From NCBI GenBank assembly GCA_050180745.1, contig JBFXDW010000003.1:1-36065 (forward strand): DNA of 36,065 nt, written 5' to 3'. Made by a program: the position numbers and the translations under genes. Under the pieces are notes generated by a model. It was not told where the DNA came from and did no database searches. It saw only the letters and a program-made list of their open reading frames with translations. Within the stretch, counting starts at the first letter, position 1. Every line of letters begins with the position of its first letter. Shown in pieces: positions 1 to 8,630 of the stretch. The DNA comes from Bdellovibrionales bacterium (GTDB taxonomy: Bacteria > Pseudomonadota > Alphaproteobacteria > UBA9219).

Positions 1-2
1 CC

Positions 3-818
3 TCTCTCAAAAGCAAAGAACTTTTCGCCGGAGGCTCTGCAGCCAATACCGTTTCCGGCCTAGCATCTCTTGGGGCGCGGGTTGGCTTCTTTACGAATGT
101 TGCCGCCGATCCCATCGGTCAGGCGCTTATTCAAAACTTCAAAGAGGCTGGTGTTAAATTATGTTGCCCGCCCGTTGATCCAAAGGCATCGCTATCGCCA
201 TCCTGCTTGATCCTAACGACTCCACAAGGGGAGCGAAGCATCCTTTTTCATGCAGAAACCCCGACAAGGTTTTCTGACGACGAACTGTCTGCGATTGCTA
301 AAACGCGCTGTGACTATCTTCTGTTTGAAGCGGCCATTTTGCTGGAAAAGCAAAACAAATTGCCTGCGCTTCTTGAAGCCGTAAGCCTGGCCAGAAAGAA
401 CGGCGCAAAAACGGTCTTTAATTTACAAGGATCGTATTCTTGGACAGAACTTAGCGTTCTTCCACGCGATGTTGCGTCAATGTCTGATATTGTTATAGGA
501 AACGAAATGGAGGTAGTTGCCTTTAAAAAGCATGTAACACTTCCGTCTTTTTCCAAGCAAACAGTTGTCATGACCCAGGGACAAAACGGAGCAACCCTTA
601 AAACGAAAGAAGCCCTCCTTCGCGTTAGAGCTGCTCCCGCTGTCCAAGTGGTTGACTCCATCGGTGCCGGGGATCAATTCCTAGCAGGTTTCTTGCACGC
701 CCTGTGCTTGGGCCTCTCGCCAAAGGAGGGAATGAAGGTCGGCGCAAGAACCGCTTGTTCCATTTTAGGAAGAAAGGGCGGACGACCCAACGCAGCTATC
801 AGCGCGGCTTTAATTTAG
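3..818 (+). CDS. PfkB/ribokinase-family carbohydrate or adenosine kinase, 5' end outside the window
   Basis: The frame is open from position 3 (SLKSKELFAGGSAANTVSGLASLG...), giving the PfkB GGSAAN motif. The C-terminal signature DSIGAGDQF is present. Confidence 0.9.
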   Translation, partial: SLKSKELFAGGSAANTVSGLASLGARVGFFTNVAADPIGQALIQNFKEAGVKLCCPPVDPKASLSPSCLILTTPQGERSILFHAETPTRFSDDELSAIAKTRCDYLLFEAAILLEKQNKLPALLEAVSLARKNGAKTVFNLQGSYSWTELSVLPRDVASMSDIVIGNEMEVVAFKKHVTLPSFSKQTVVMTQGQNGATLKTKEALLRVRAAPAVQVVDSIGAGDQFLAGFLHALCLGLSPKEGMKVGARTACSILGRKGGRPNAAISAALI

Positions 819-940
819 CAAAGAAGTCCAATGACAAAACCAACTGCCGCACCAAAAAGCGAACTTATCATATAGCCGATCACGGCTGGAGAGTTGTCTG
901 TGTCGTAACAAGAGATCGTAGTTGTTTTGCTTTCGTGCAT
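815..940 (-). CDS. 41-aa single-pass membrane peptide (not in the ORF track)
   Basis: Manual translation MHESKTTTISCYDTDNSPAVIGYMISSLFGAAVGFVIGLLC*. GAGGAAG RBS upstream, C-terminal hydrophobic helix, stop overlaps the kinase stop. Confidence 0.6.
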   Translation of the reverse strand: MHESKTTTISCYDTDNSPAVIGYMISSLFGAAVGFVIGLLC

Positions 941-1033
941 GATTTCTTCCTCATATTAAATGGAAGCTTTTTATAACGCACGAATGCGCCAATAACGGAC
1001 GGGCGCGTGGATTTTAATCGCCGCCAGCGCCTT

Positions 1034-1054
1034 AAGCGACCGTTTCTGTCACCT
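1034..1054. promoter_or_regulatory. Putative WYL-regulator box 1 (AAGCGAC-N7-GTCACCT)
   Basis: GACCGTTTCTGTCACCT matches box 2 at 14/17 positions. A minus-strand TAAAAT (1016-1011) lies 17 nt beyond it, upstream of the 41-aa ORF. Confidence 0.5.
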
Positions 1055-2042
1055 ATGGCAACCCATCCCACGATGGCGTTTTGCCAGCAATCAACTTTTT
1101 GAGTGCCGTTGGCTTAATCACCTCAACCTGATCGCCCCACATATAGAGATGCCACGCCATTTCAAGAAGGCCTCCGGCCTTAAAGCGCACGGTCATAGAG
1201 CCGTCTTTTCCGATGGTGACTTTCTGCTTCGGATGAAAGACGAAATCCTTGGCTGCTTCTGTTGCGTGAGGCGTGAACTTCCAAACGACTTCGACGGGCT
1301 TCTCACGCCAGATGCCAAAGGACTGCTCGGCATGGGCCTGAATATCGAAAGACGGATCACGGGCAAAACTTTCCTTTGGCACCGTTACGCCTTCGATTTG
1401 GGAAAGAATAAAGTGATAACGCGCAGCCTCGCGGCCTTTTTCAGTCCCACCGCCGACAAGATAGTGCCGATGGCCGTAGAGAAAACCATAGGGCGCAACA
1501 CGTTTGAGCGAGGCCTCGGCCTTGCCTTTGCCGCGATAGAGAATCTCAACGATTTTGCAGGCTTTGATGGCCTCGCGCAGCTTATGCAAATGTTCAGGAT
1601 CAATCTTGGGGCGAGGTCCAGGGCGTGCCGCCAATCCTTCGGCCTCAATCAAGGCTTCGAGGTCTGGCTCAATCCGGCGTGAAGCCTCGCATTTCTGAAA
1701 ACTTTTGATCTTTCCAGCTAACGAGCGCAGAGCTTTGGCCTGAAGGCGCAACCCCCGCCCGTTGAAGGCCTTTGAAGCCATGTCAAGGGTAGCCAGCTCA
1801 TCGGGCGTTAAAGCTAGGTGCCGCCCGTTTGTGGCCGAGGAAATGCGCCATCGTTTGATCCGTCCTTCATCGACGCTTTCTTCTGTTTGTGGATAGACCC
1901 GCACAACGGCATCGCGCATCCGCATGGCTGTCCGGCGTGAGACCTCAAACATTTCCTCAATATCTGCCAACGAAACGCCTTCGCCGTTCGATTGCATGGC
2001 AAAAGCGAGGTTTAGAAGATCTTCGGCTTTCTCAAATCGCAT
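1053..2042 (-). CDS. HTH-WYL-WCX transcriptional regulator, DriD/PafBC/YafY-like
   Basis: N-terminal wHTH (VSRRTAMRMRDAV), WYL core (RVAPYGFLYGHRHYLVG), WCX tail (FHPKQ...EMAWHLYMWGDQVEVIKP). 329 aa; the N-terminus resembles Caulobacter DriD as I recall it. Confidence 0.92.
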   Translation of the reverse strand: MRFEKAEDLLNLAFAMQSNGEGVSLADIEEMFEVSRRTAMRMRDAVVRVYPQTEESVDEGRIKRWRISSATNGRHLALTPDELATLDMASKAFNGRGLRLQAKALRSLAGKIKSFQKCEASRRIEPDLEALIEAEGLAARPGPRPKIDPEHLHKLREAIKACKIVEILYRGKGKAEASLKRVAPYGFLYGHRHYLVGGGTEKGREAARYHFILSQIEGVTVPKESFARDPSFDIQAHAEQSFGIWREKPVEVVWKFTPHATEAAKDFVFHPKQKVTIGKDGSMTVRFKAGGLLEMAWHLYMWGDQVEVIKPTALKKLIAGKTPSWDGLP

Positions 2043-2112
2043 TAAATCGGTTTCCTATACCTGTCATTCCCAGCGCAAGAGTGCCTCAAAAAAACACCTT
2101 AGCCAAGAGGGT

Positions 2113-2147
2113 ATATGACCGGAACTGTCACCTTCGCATGTTACAGG
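2113..2147 (+). promoter_or_regulatory. Putative WYL-regulator box 2 (ATATGAC-N7-GTCACCT) with downstream -10 (TACAGG)
   Basis: TGAC-N7-GTCA dyad in the divergent intergenic region. TGTCAC-N10-TA spacing (2126-2143). Confidence 0.6.
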
Positions 2148-2179
2148 AGATGAAACACCCAAAACCAAGCGAGGATTTT

Positions 2180-2575
2180 ATGCGTAAACAGATTATGACT
2201 CTTTTCCTTCTCGTCCCCCTTTGCGGTTGCGCGGTGGCTATGTCGGCCAGCCGCAGCACGGCCAAGGGCGATCCCGCCATGATGCAAGTCGGCGCTGATC
2301 GAGCGATCATTGAAGAGACCTTTGGCTCCCCGAATATGACGGCCAGCCTTGATGGCGGCAAAACGAAGGTGATTTACAAAATTGATCCTGATGCCCACAG
2401 CGCAGGGGCGCGAAACGCCGCCGTTGCGGGACATGTGGTTGCCGATGTTTTGACCTTTGGTCTCTGGGAAGTCGTAGGAACACCGCTTGAACTAGCCGCG
2501 CAGGACAAATATACGAACTACGTCCTGATCTATGACAAAGAGAACAAGGTCGAGAGCGTTGAAACAATTAAATAA
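2180..2575 (+). CDS. Lipoprotein, BamE/SmpA/OsmE-like
   Basis: GAGGA RBS before ATG 2180. Signal peptide MRKQIMTLFLLVPLCGC with an LCGC lipobox. G-x2-R-x2-I-x3-FGSP and the terminal LIYDKENKVES strand fit the BamE-like pattern. Confidence 0.75.
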   Translation: MRKQIMTLFLLVPLCGCAVAMSASRSTAKGDPAMMQVGADRAIIEETFGSPNMTASLDGGKTKVIYKIDPDAHSAGARNAAVAGHVVADVLTFGLWEVVGTPLELAAQDKYTNYVLIYDKENKVESVETIK

Positions 2576-2780
2576 TCGGCTCCACAGCTTCAAAACCGGA
2601 CGATGGGCGTCAATACGGCTCCTTCAGGCGCTTTTTGCACAGAAAAAAGCAAAAAACGAGCAGCGAACCTTGACGTTTCTGCGACAAATTCCTCAAATGG
2701 GTTAATATCTTATGACGAACGAATCATTTATTGGCGCATCCGAAGATTTAAGGAGCGCGAAAGGAACCCAAGGTCAAGAA

Positions 2781-4682
2781 ATGGCGAAAAGTCTCTTAGA
2801 ACAACTCCCCACCATTGTCGCGGAAGGAAAGCGAGAAGCCGAACGCATTATGGAGCGCTTGGAAAGTGCCCAGCGCATCGGCCTTCAGACCCGCGAACTT
2901 GTTATCCCGTCGCGGGACACGAATTGGCAAAACATGTTTGCGCGGGCGGAGAAGGCTTCGCATGACCTTGATCCCGCAAATATGAACCGCCTCATTTACG
3001 GCGACAATCTTCTGGCGATGGCCGCGCTCTTGGCGGGGAATGATGAAACGCCATCCATGCGCGGCAAGGTTGACCTGATCTATATCGACCCGCCATACGA
3101 CAGTAAGGCGGATTACCGAACGAAGATAAATCTTCCTGGCGATGAAATTGAACAGAAGCCAACTGCGATTGAGCAGTTTGCGTATTCTGATACATGGAAG
3201 GATGGTACATTCAGTTATTTGCAGATGATTGTGCCGCGGCTAGTGCTCATGCGAGAGCTTTTGAGTGATACTGGGTCCATCTGGGTCCATCTGGATTGGC
3301 ATGTTTCACACTACGTGAAGATTGTTCTAGATGAAGTGTTCGGGCGAGAATTATTTAGGAACGATATTACATGGCACTATGCGAATTCTGGACTAAAGGC
3401 GCGGTCTAGGAAATTTCATCAAGTTACTGATAATCTCTATTGGTACACAAAATCTTCTGAATTTACCTTTAATCATTTATTCAAGGAAAGAAAGGATGGC
3501 CAATCCAAGCAGGCGAAGCGTAAGTTCAATCCTATAACCAAGAAAGCCGATATGGTTAGGGATGAGCAGGGAAATATAGTGTATGAAATCAGAGACGAAG
3601 TTTTAGAAAACTCTCTTTGGGAAACTGGTAGTATGAGTAATAGCCCAGAACGGATAGGATATTCAACGCAAAAACCAGAAGCACTCTTACAGAAAATAAT
3701 CCAATCAACATCTAACGAAGGGTATCTAGTTCTGGATGCCTTCGCGGGTTCTGGCACAACAGCGGCAGTCGCTGAAAGACTTAGTCGTCGCTGGATTGCA
3801 ACCGATCTTGGAAAGCCCGCTTGCATGGTTACACGCAAGCGACTGATCGATCAGGACGCTAAGCCTTTCCTTTATCAGCATGTAGGCGACTATCAAGTTG
3901 AAATGGCCCGCAGCACAATGGGGCGCAAATTCCGCGTTGGTGATCTTTCTGAAATTGTCCTTCGCCTCTTTGGTACTTTGCTGCTTCCCATTGAAGAGAA
4001 CCCAAACCGCAATATGGGGCGGGTTCCGCACACCAAAATGCTGGTTCTTGCCGATAGCCCGAACAAGCTCACGGGTCTTGCAACGCTTAAACGCGCCATC
4101 GAAATCCGCGATAATCTGATGGGCGGCTGGGATAAGGTCATCATTCTGGGCTGGAACTTTGACTCCAACATTGGACAGGACATCCAAGCTCTTAATCAGG
4201 GCGACAAACTCGAAGTTTTGGTTATCCCTCCCGACTTGCTCGACCGCCTAAAGAAAAAAGGCGACAAGTTGAAGACGGAAGAAGTCCGTTTCTCCTCGCT
4301 TCAATACGTAAAAATCAAACCCATTGAGCGCACGAAGGCCGGAAGCAAAGAAACCTTGACGGTTGAGCTTGATAATTACGTTCTCCTTTCTCCCGACGCC
4401 CTTAGCCTCGATGAGGCAAACAAAAAGAAGTTGCAAAGCATTATCAACAAGGAGCCGATGGCACTTATCGAGTATTGGAGCGTCGATCCCGACTATGACG
4501 GCCATGTGTTCCGCTCGGTCTGGCAGGATTATCGCGGAAACACTGAAAACGATGACGATCCGTTCCGCGTCGTTACTACAGCCCAATTAACAGACCTTCC
4601 AGCCAAAGACGGCAAACGTCGCGTTTGTGTGCGCGTCGTTGACGTTTTCGGCTTTGAAGCTGAAGCCATTACGGAGGTCTGA
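2781..4682 (+). CDS. mod: Type III restriction-modification methyltransferase (Mod, beta-class amino-MTase); alternative start at 2712
   Basis: Motif IV IYIDPPY precedes motif I DAFAGSGTT. LIYGDNL and YSTQKPEALL motifs present. Lies upstream of a Res helicase-nuclease. Confidence 0.92.
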   Translation: MAKSLLEQLPTIVAEGKREAERIMERLESAQRIGLQTRELVIPSRDTNWQNMFARAEKASHDLDPANMNRLIYGDNLLAMAALLAGNDETPSMRGKVDLIYIDPPYDSKADYRTKINLPGDEIEQKPTAIEQFAYSDTWKDGTFSYLQMIVPRLVLMRELLSDTGSIWVHLDWHVSHYVKIVLDEVFGRELFRNDITWHYANSGLKARSRKFHQVTDNLYWYTKSSEFTFNHLFKERKDGQSKQAKRKFNPITKKADMVRDEQGNIVYEIRDEVLENSLWETGSMSNSPERIGYSTQKPEALLQKIIQSTSNEGYLVLDAFAGSGTTAAVAERLSRRWIATDLGKPACMVTRKRLIDQDAKPFLYQHVGDYQVEMARSTMGRKFRVGDLSEIVLRLFGTLLLPIEENPNRNMGRVPHTKMLVLADSPNKLTGLATLKRAIEIRDNLMGGWDKVIILGWNFDSNIGQDIQALNQGDKLEVLVIPPDLLDRLKKKGDKLKTEEVRFSSLQYVKIKPIERTKAGSKETLTVELDNYVLLSPDALSLDEANKKKLQSIINKEPMALIEYWSVDPDYDGHVFRSVWQDYRGNTENDDDPFRVVTTAQLTDLPAKDGKRRVCVRVVDVFGFEAEAITEV

Positions 4683-4684
4683 TT

Positions 4685-5617
4685 ATGACGCGAAGTAAAA
4701 CCCGCTACACAGTACCAGATACGGAAGGAGAAACAATTACTCCCAGTCGCCTCAAACAACTTGGTAAGGATCGCCAGATTGAGATTATGCGGCAATGGTT
4801 TTTTGAAAATTATGAAGACCCTGTTAATCGAACTCCTTATGAGAGTGCAGAGGGAGGATATATCTATATCTACGGGGGACCTTTCGAGGCACAAGAGGAA
4901 CTCGGTGGAGAATTTGGCGGGCTTGTCAAAGATGAGTTCATTGATGAACTCGCAGACGAACTAAATGATATTAGTTGGGAATGGACTCACACAGAACGGC
5001 CTAGCGATTATGATGATTTCTATGCGGTCGAAGCAACGCTTGATCCAGATATACCTGAAGATGCGCTACAAATCAGGATTGAAAAAATACGCGAGCTATT
5101 GGAACAAAAGGAACTGATCGATTCTAACCTCCACACCTTCCTGTTAATGATGATCTACAGCTTCAGCATCACTACGCTCGAATGCTTTTTATCTGATACC
5201 TTTATACGTGCGATAGATGCCAGCGATGTTCTGAAAAAGAAATATGTGACCGAGGGAAAATTGAAAATACCTTTGGCAAAACTTATCAGCATGAAAGATG
5301 TGAAAGAAGCTGAGGAAGCTGTCAATTTGCAGATCAGAGCAACACATCTAAGGACATCATATCATGATTTAGAAACGGCAAGCAGATTATATAAAAAAGT
5401 TCTTAATGTGGAGTTATCTGAAATTTCTTCAACAGATAAATTGCGTGACTATGTACGCAAACGACATGATTTTGTTCATAGAGGCGGGAAAGATGAACAA
5501 GGTAATGAAGTGACAACAAGCAAAGAAGAAGTCAAAGAACTTCTCGATGAGATTGAAAAGTTTTGTCTAGAGATCAAAGGCAAACTTAATCCGCCATTCT
5601 CGGATGATTTTTTCTAA
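4685..5617 (+). CDS. HEPN-domain putative RNase with an acidic N-terminal domain
   Basis: R-x4-H motif RHDFVH followed by RGGK (5462-5479). Upstream helix ITTLECFLSD. N-terminal WF..NYEDP..PYES.EGGY segment. AT-richer than the flanking genes. Confidence 0.75.
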   Translation: MTRSKTRYTVPDTEGETITPSRLKQLGKDRQIEIMRQWFFENYEDPVNRTPYESAEGGYIYIYGGPFEAQEELGGEFGGLVKDEFIDELADELNDISWEWTHTERPSDYDDFYAVEATLDPDIPEDALQIRIEKIRELLEQKELIDSNLHTFLLMMIYSFSITTLECFLSDTFIRAIDASDVLKKKYVTEGKLKIPLAKLISMKDVKEAEEAVNLQIRATHLRTSYHDLETASRLYKKVLNVELSEISSTDKLRDYVRKRHDFVHRGGKDEQGNEVTTSKEEVKELLDEIEKFCLEIKGKLNPPFSDDFF

Positions 5618-5628
5618 CGGAGCATGGC

Positions 5629-8562
5629 ATGAATGGAATAAATGACCTTACCCTCGCTCGTCGTCTAACATGCCGTGTGGCAGAGGCCTGCACTGGCCTT
5701 GAAAACGGCGATGCGCCGATCCTCTCTCAAGTTAGCGATGCCACCGCCGAACTTTTGAAATGGTGGTTCCAACAGGATTTTATGGATACGCGCTCTTACA
5801 ATTTCCATGAAGGGCAACGCGCCGCGATTTTGAACATTATCTACGCCCATGAAGTCCTGAAAACGGCTTCACTTAAGGGACTTTATGAGAACGTCGCGCC
5901 AGAAGTTCTCGTGGCCAGCGCCCAAGCGGTGGAACTTATCGGCGCGGATAAAAACGACTGCCCCAAATACTGCCTCAAGATGGCGACGGGTACGGGCAAG
6001 ACGTGGGTTTTGCAAGCCCTTATGGTTTGGCAGATTCTCAATGCCAACCGAGATCCCAGCAATTCCCGTTATACAAAGAATTTCTTGGTCGTTGCCCCTG
6101 GTCTTATCGTGTATGACCGTCTGCGCGACGCATTCGAGGGTAAAGAACGCGACGGAAAGCGTGATTTTGCAACGTCTGACCTTTCGATTTTTCAGGATCT
6201 ATTCATCCCAGCCGCGCACCGCGACGAAGTTTTTCGCTTTGTTCAGGGAGCCGTGTGCCCCAAGGAAGAAATTGGACGTAAGGTTACGTCGGGCGGCATT
6301 ATCGCCATAAGCAACTGGCACGTTCTAAGCGAAGAAGGCGAGGATGACGGCCAGCAAGAAATGGTTTTCGCCCCTGGTACGCGTCCCGATGCAAAGGACG
6401 TTATTAAAGACCTGCTTCCCTTAACGCCAGGAACGTCGCAGGGAAATGACCTCAACGTCCTTAACAGGCGTTTTCAGCGCGGCGGGATCCTGAACTATTT
6501 GTGTGAGCTGCCGAGCTTGATGGTGTTCAATGACGAAGCACACCATATCCACGAGTTTAAGCGCGAAGGCGAAGTTTCCGAGGTGGAGTGGCAGAAGAGC
6601 CTTTCCTTGATTGCTGAACCCAAAGCGGATCGTTTCGTTCAGGTGGACTTCTCAGCCACGCCTTACAACGAGGTTGGTACGGGCAAAAAGGCCAAGAAGT
6701 CGTTCTTTCCGCATATTGTCGTGGATTTCGACCTTAAAACGGCCATGCGCCTTGGCCTTGTAAAGTCGCTCGTCCTCGATAAACGAAGCGAAATTGGTGC
6801 GCTTTCCGATGAGCAATTGGAGTTCAAGGCTTACCGTGACGAAAACGGAAACCCGCAACTAGCCGAAGGCCAGCGCATTATGCTTCGCGCAGGCCTGACC
6901 AAGCTTCGCAAACTTGAAGAGGATTTTGCCAAGCTTGATCCCGACCGCCATCCCAAAATGCTTGTCGTTTGCGAAGACACGTCTGTCACGCCCCTCATTG
7001 AGGACTTTTTGCGTCTCGAAGGGCTGGGGCATGACGAGATTTTGCGCGTTGACTCCAACCGCAAAGGCGAACTCAAAATGGATGAATGGAAGGTTCTGCG
7101 TGAGCGCCTGTTCGATGTTGACCGCCACGCGCACCCGCGAGTCATTATAAGCGTTTTGATGCTCCGTGAAGGTTTCGATGTGAACAACATTTGCGTCATT
7201 GTTCCCCTTCGCGCCTCGGCTGCTGGCATTTTGCTGGAACAAACGATTGGACGTGGCCTGCGCCTCATGTGGCGCGGCGCGGATTTTGACGACATTAAGC
7301 ACGAAAACCGCAAGCTGATCTGCGAAGGTAAAACGCCGGAAAGTATGATCGACATTCTTTCAATCGTTGAGCATCCGGCTTTCATCGAGTTCTATGAAGA
7401 GTTGATTAAAGAGGGTCTTGTTGGCGAAACTGAAGACGACGACAATACCGGAGGCTCTTCTACAGGTGACTTGGTTGCTGTTGGGTTGCGCTCGAACTAT
7501 CAAGACTATGATTTTGCCATTCCGTTTATCCTTCGAGAGAGAGAAGAGGAAGTGCAAACGCGGGAGATTGCCGTTTCTTCCCTTGAACCTTTTACGACCT
7601 TTTCAGTTGATAGGCTGAAGGCAATGATCGGAACCGGAGAGAAGTTCCACTCTGAAGACGTTCAGGACAAAACTCGTTTTGGCGACTATCGCGTGAATGG
7701 CGGCGTGATGACGGCGACAGGGTACAATGATTACCTTGGGCGTATCGTTCGCCGCATCACAGAGGCTCTAAGCCAACCGCTTACCGATAGCTCCACCAAG
7801 TACAAGAAAGGCACCGAGTTTCCGCACATCCAGATCAACCGCGCCTATCTTGCGGAAGGGATTGACGAGTACATACGGACGCGGCTTTTTGAAAAGCCGT
7901 TCGATCCTTTTGAGAATGAAAACTGGCGCATCTTGCTTGTCGATCCTGTGACAGAACACATCATGAAGATTTGGGCGCGTCAGCTATTGGCGGCAGAGGA
8001 AACGGCTGTTACGGCGGATGCCGAAGTGACGCACCGCCTGCTTTCGGAAGTTCCCAAGCTTACCATGCGCGAAAGCTCGTCTCTCGCGGTTAGCAAAAGC
8101 ATCTATTTGCGTCTGCCTTATCCTTCCCGCAGCGGCGGACTAGAGCGGGCCTTTATCGAAACAGCAGATCGGGACGGCTCCGTCGATGGTTTCTGCAAGC
8201 TCAATGAGCAAAAGCACACCTTCACAAGACTGCGCTATATCAAGGAAGATGGGCTTCCGGCCTTCTATTACCCCGATTTTCTGGTTCGAAGCGGTGACAA
8301 GATTTATCTCGTCGAGACAAAGGCACAAGGACAAGTTAATACGCCAAACGTGAAGCGCAAGAAACGCGCCGCCGTCTCATGGTGCGATAGGCTCAACAGC
8401 CTCGCGCCGGAGCAGCGCGGCAATGCCGAATGGCACTATGTTTTGCTTGGCGAAGGCGTTTTCTATGAATGGCGAGACAAAGGCGCGTCCATTAAGGACA
8501 TGCTGGAATATGCAAAGCTAAGGCCTGTTGACGAAAGGGTTCAATCGGCGTTTGCTTTTTAG
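5629..8562 (+). CDS. res: Type III restriction endonuclease Res subunit (SF2 helicase plus PD-(D/E)xK nuclease)
   Basis: MATGTGKT (motif I), DEAHH (II), SATP (III), LREGFD (V), QTIGRGLR (VI), and C-terminal YYPDFLV...LVETK. Confidence 0.93.
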   Translation: MNGINDLTLARRLTCRVAEACTGLENGDAPILSQVSDATAELLKWWFQQDFMDTRSYNFHEGQRAAILNIIYAHEVLKTASLKGLYENVAPEVLVASAQAVELIGADKNDCPKYCLKMATGTGKTWVLQALMVWQILNANRDPSNSRYTKNFLVVAPGLIVYDRLRDAFEGKERDGKRDFATSDLSIFQDLFIPAAHRDEVFRFVQGAVCPKEEIGRKVTSGGIIAISNWHVLSEEGEDDGQQEMVFAPGTRPDAKDVIKDLLPLTPGTSQGNDLNVLNRRFQRGGILNYLCELPSLMVFNDEAHHIHEFKREGEVSEVEWQKSLSLIAEPKADRFVQVDFSATPYNEVGTGKKAKKSFFPHIVVDFDLKTAMRLGLVKSLVLDKRSEIGALSDEQLEFKAYRDENGNPQLAEGQRIMLRAGLTKLRKLEEDFAKLDPDRHPKMLVVCEDTSVTPLIEDFLRLEGLGHDEILRVDSNRKGELKMDEWKVLRERLFDVDRHAHPRVIISVLMLREGFDVNNICVIVPLRASAAGILLEQTIGRGLRLMWRGADFDDIKHENRKLICEGKTPESMIDILSIVEHPAFIEFYEELIKEGLVGETEDDDNTGGSSTGDLVAVGLRSNYQDYDFAIPFILREREEEVQTREIAVSSLEPFTTFSVDRLKAMIGTGEKFHSEDVQDKTRFGDYRVNGGVMTATGYNDYLGRIVRRITEALSQPLTDSSTKYKKGTEFPHIQINRAYLAEGIDEYIRTRLFEKPFDPFENENWRILLVDPVTEHIMKIWARQLLAAEETAVTADAEVTHRLLSEVPKLTMRESSSLAVSKSIYLRLPYPSRSGGLERAFIETADRDGSVDGFCKLNEQKHTFTRLRYIKEDGLPAFYYPDFLVRSGDKIYLVETKAQGQVNTPNVKRKKRAAVSWCDRLNSLAPEQRGNAEWHYVLLGEGVFYEWRDKGASIKDMLEYAKLRPVDERVQSAFAF

Positions 8563-8630
8563 ATTAACTTTTGAGCGGCAAAGGGTTATCCCTTCGACTA
8601 TAGTTGCTCATCTTTAGAATAAGGAGCCGC

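Noticed and set aside
1889-2179. N-terminal extension of the 228-aa ORF 1889..2575
   Set aside because: Overlaps the WYL gene on the opposite strand. The RBS and signal peptide point to ATG 2180.
2781-4682. Phase-variable mod (phasevarion)
   Set aside because: No simple-sequence repeat tract was seen in or before the ORF.
8545-8562. Res C-terminus QSAFAF as another SSB-like tail
   Set aside because: It lacks the acidic residues and the Pro.
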